DNA of 64,000 nt from Mobula birostris. Its lineage: Eukaryota. The translations under genes were made by a program, and so were the position numbers. A model generated the notes under the pieces. That model worked only from the letters and a program-made list of their open reading frames with translations. It ran no database searches and had not been told where the DNA came from. Shown one piece after another: positions 62,471 to 64,000 of the stretch. The stretch is taken from NCBI RefSeq assembly GCF_030028105.1, contig NC_092379.1, positions 45,618,150-45,682,149 on the forward strand. The letters are read 5' to 3'. Every line of letters begins with the position of its first letter. Within the stretch, counting starts at the first letter, position 1.

Positions 62471-64000
62471 TGTGTTGTCGGTTGGCAATGGTTGGAGCCA
62501 TAAATTGCCCCAAAGGAAATGATGAAAATCATTGTACAGGCGCAATAACATCATCGTATTAGATTCTCAGGGCAGGTTTTAAATACCCTTTCGGAATTTC
62601 ATGAATGTTAACTTCTTCCCGTGATAATGGCAGATGGTTGCTTATGTATGCATATTGCTCAACTCAAATCACAACTCCTTATCAAATGAAGCTGTCCACG
62701 TATTGCTGCGGAAAGATCTATGTGGCAAGTGGAAGTGAAATTGCTATGACATTAGTTCCAGACAATATTTAAAAGAAACTGTAACAACCTGCGCTAGATA
62801 TTCAATGCATTACGTAAAAGAACATGCTGACAACTACGAACCCCAACATTCTTCAGTCTCCGACTATTTATAGAATACACTATCGTTCTATTCATTTGTC
62901 CTAAGTTAGTACCCTCACGTTTTCCACCAATTAGCTAAGTATTAGCAAATTATTTTCTTGTCCATATCCCACCAAATTTTCCAGGAATCCTTCTCAGAGA
63001 TCTCAGCTTGTTTTCCCAGCAAATATACATATTACAGTATATCCAACCGTAATATCATGGAAATAGATTAAGAGCAGCTGAGGCCCCAGTACCGGTCGCT
63101 GCTTTTACGACCGTAAACCCTTATTTCATTCGCTTCTGGTAAATGGTTGCTGTAAGGTTTAACATGTACAAAATAGACTGCTTTTATTCACCTGAGCTAC
63201 TCAGACAGTACTTCCCAAACACAAGATATCGTTATGACCAGGGGCGTCAAATACACGGGTAGTTTTCTTCTTCCATGCACACCACATCCTGACTTGGAAA
63301 TGCCGTATAGCGCCTTCACTTCAGTTTCGATGGGTTACATCCTGTACTACTCAAAATGAGTGCACATCACGCTACACCAGAAGCATTAAAATAGTTCAAG
63401 AAAGTAGCTCACATTCTCAAGGCTAAGCATGCCTGACAGGTAAATCATGAACTTGCCAGCTGCATCGAAACGACATTAAAATATTAAAACAAAAATACTA
63501 AAGGCCTGTACACATTTGAAAGTGAATTATTCTGCCAAATTTTTTACTGTATTTTAATAGCTCTGTTTAATTCTGTTTCTGGAATGCGTTGGGAAATAAA
63601 TATTGCAGTTGTCGGTTCATACATTGCAGTAGACTTCTGTAATTTTCAGGATCAATTATGCGGCAAGAGATCGCTGCGAATACATGGTTCTATTATATTT
63701 TGTGACACGTGGTAGCCTACAGAGACAGTGTTTCACTTTACTGCCAAGTTTTCCTATTTCTAGTGGAGTCGTTCCAACAAAATATGATGGAAGGTATTGA
63801 GGACATAGCAGTCAGTCCTGGGTTCATAAATTGTTGGTTGTATTGAATGCTAACCACACAGCAGCGCTCTCGTTAGAATTCCTTATTTTGAACAGCATTC
63901 TACTCCGTTCGTAATGGGAAAAAACAGTCAAACTTGGTAGTTTTTACTGAGTATAGCTCTACGCTTATTTACCCTATTCAGTCAATTTGTTTCGACATCA

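Noticed and set aside
61105-64000. IgNAR C4, C5, secretory tail or TM exons
   Set aside because: No Ig-domain or transmembrane-like exon recognised; they probably lie beyond the window

Overview
Vertebrate genomic DNA from a cartilaginous fish (shark or ray; inferred from the IgNAR gene and the repeat families). About 1-49 kb is mostly decayed transposable elements: CR1-type LINEs (one near full-length, about 11.1-15.2 kb), Rex1/Babar-type LINEs, Penelope-like elements, a Vingi-like LINE, Tc1 and Chapaev3-like DNA transposons, an ERV-type integrase relic, and nested Ty3/Gypsy elements with an LTR-like repeat that carries a 27 x 30-bp minisatellite. From about 50.2 kb on the + strand lies an unrearranged, apparently intact IgNAR (heavy-chain-only antibody) cluster: octamer/TATA promoter, leader exon, one type II-like VNAR, three D segments, one J, and exons C1, C2 and C3. 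The RSS arrangement is V-23(22) / 12-D1-23 / 12-D2-23(22) / 12-D3-12 / 23-J. C4, C5, the secretory tail and the TM exons were not found and presumably lie beyond the window. The most unusual detail is at D3, where one nonamer is correctly spaced to two different heptamers (12 and 23 bp). Family assignments come from recalled protein motifs, not database searches. Repeat boundaries are approximate; Ig segment coordinates were counted base by base.
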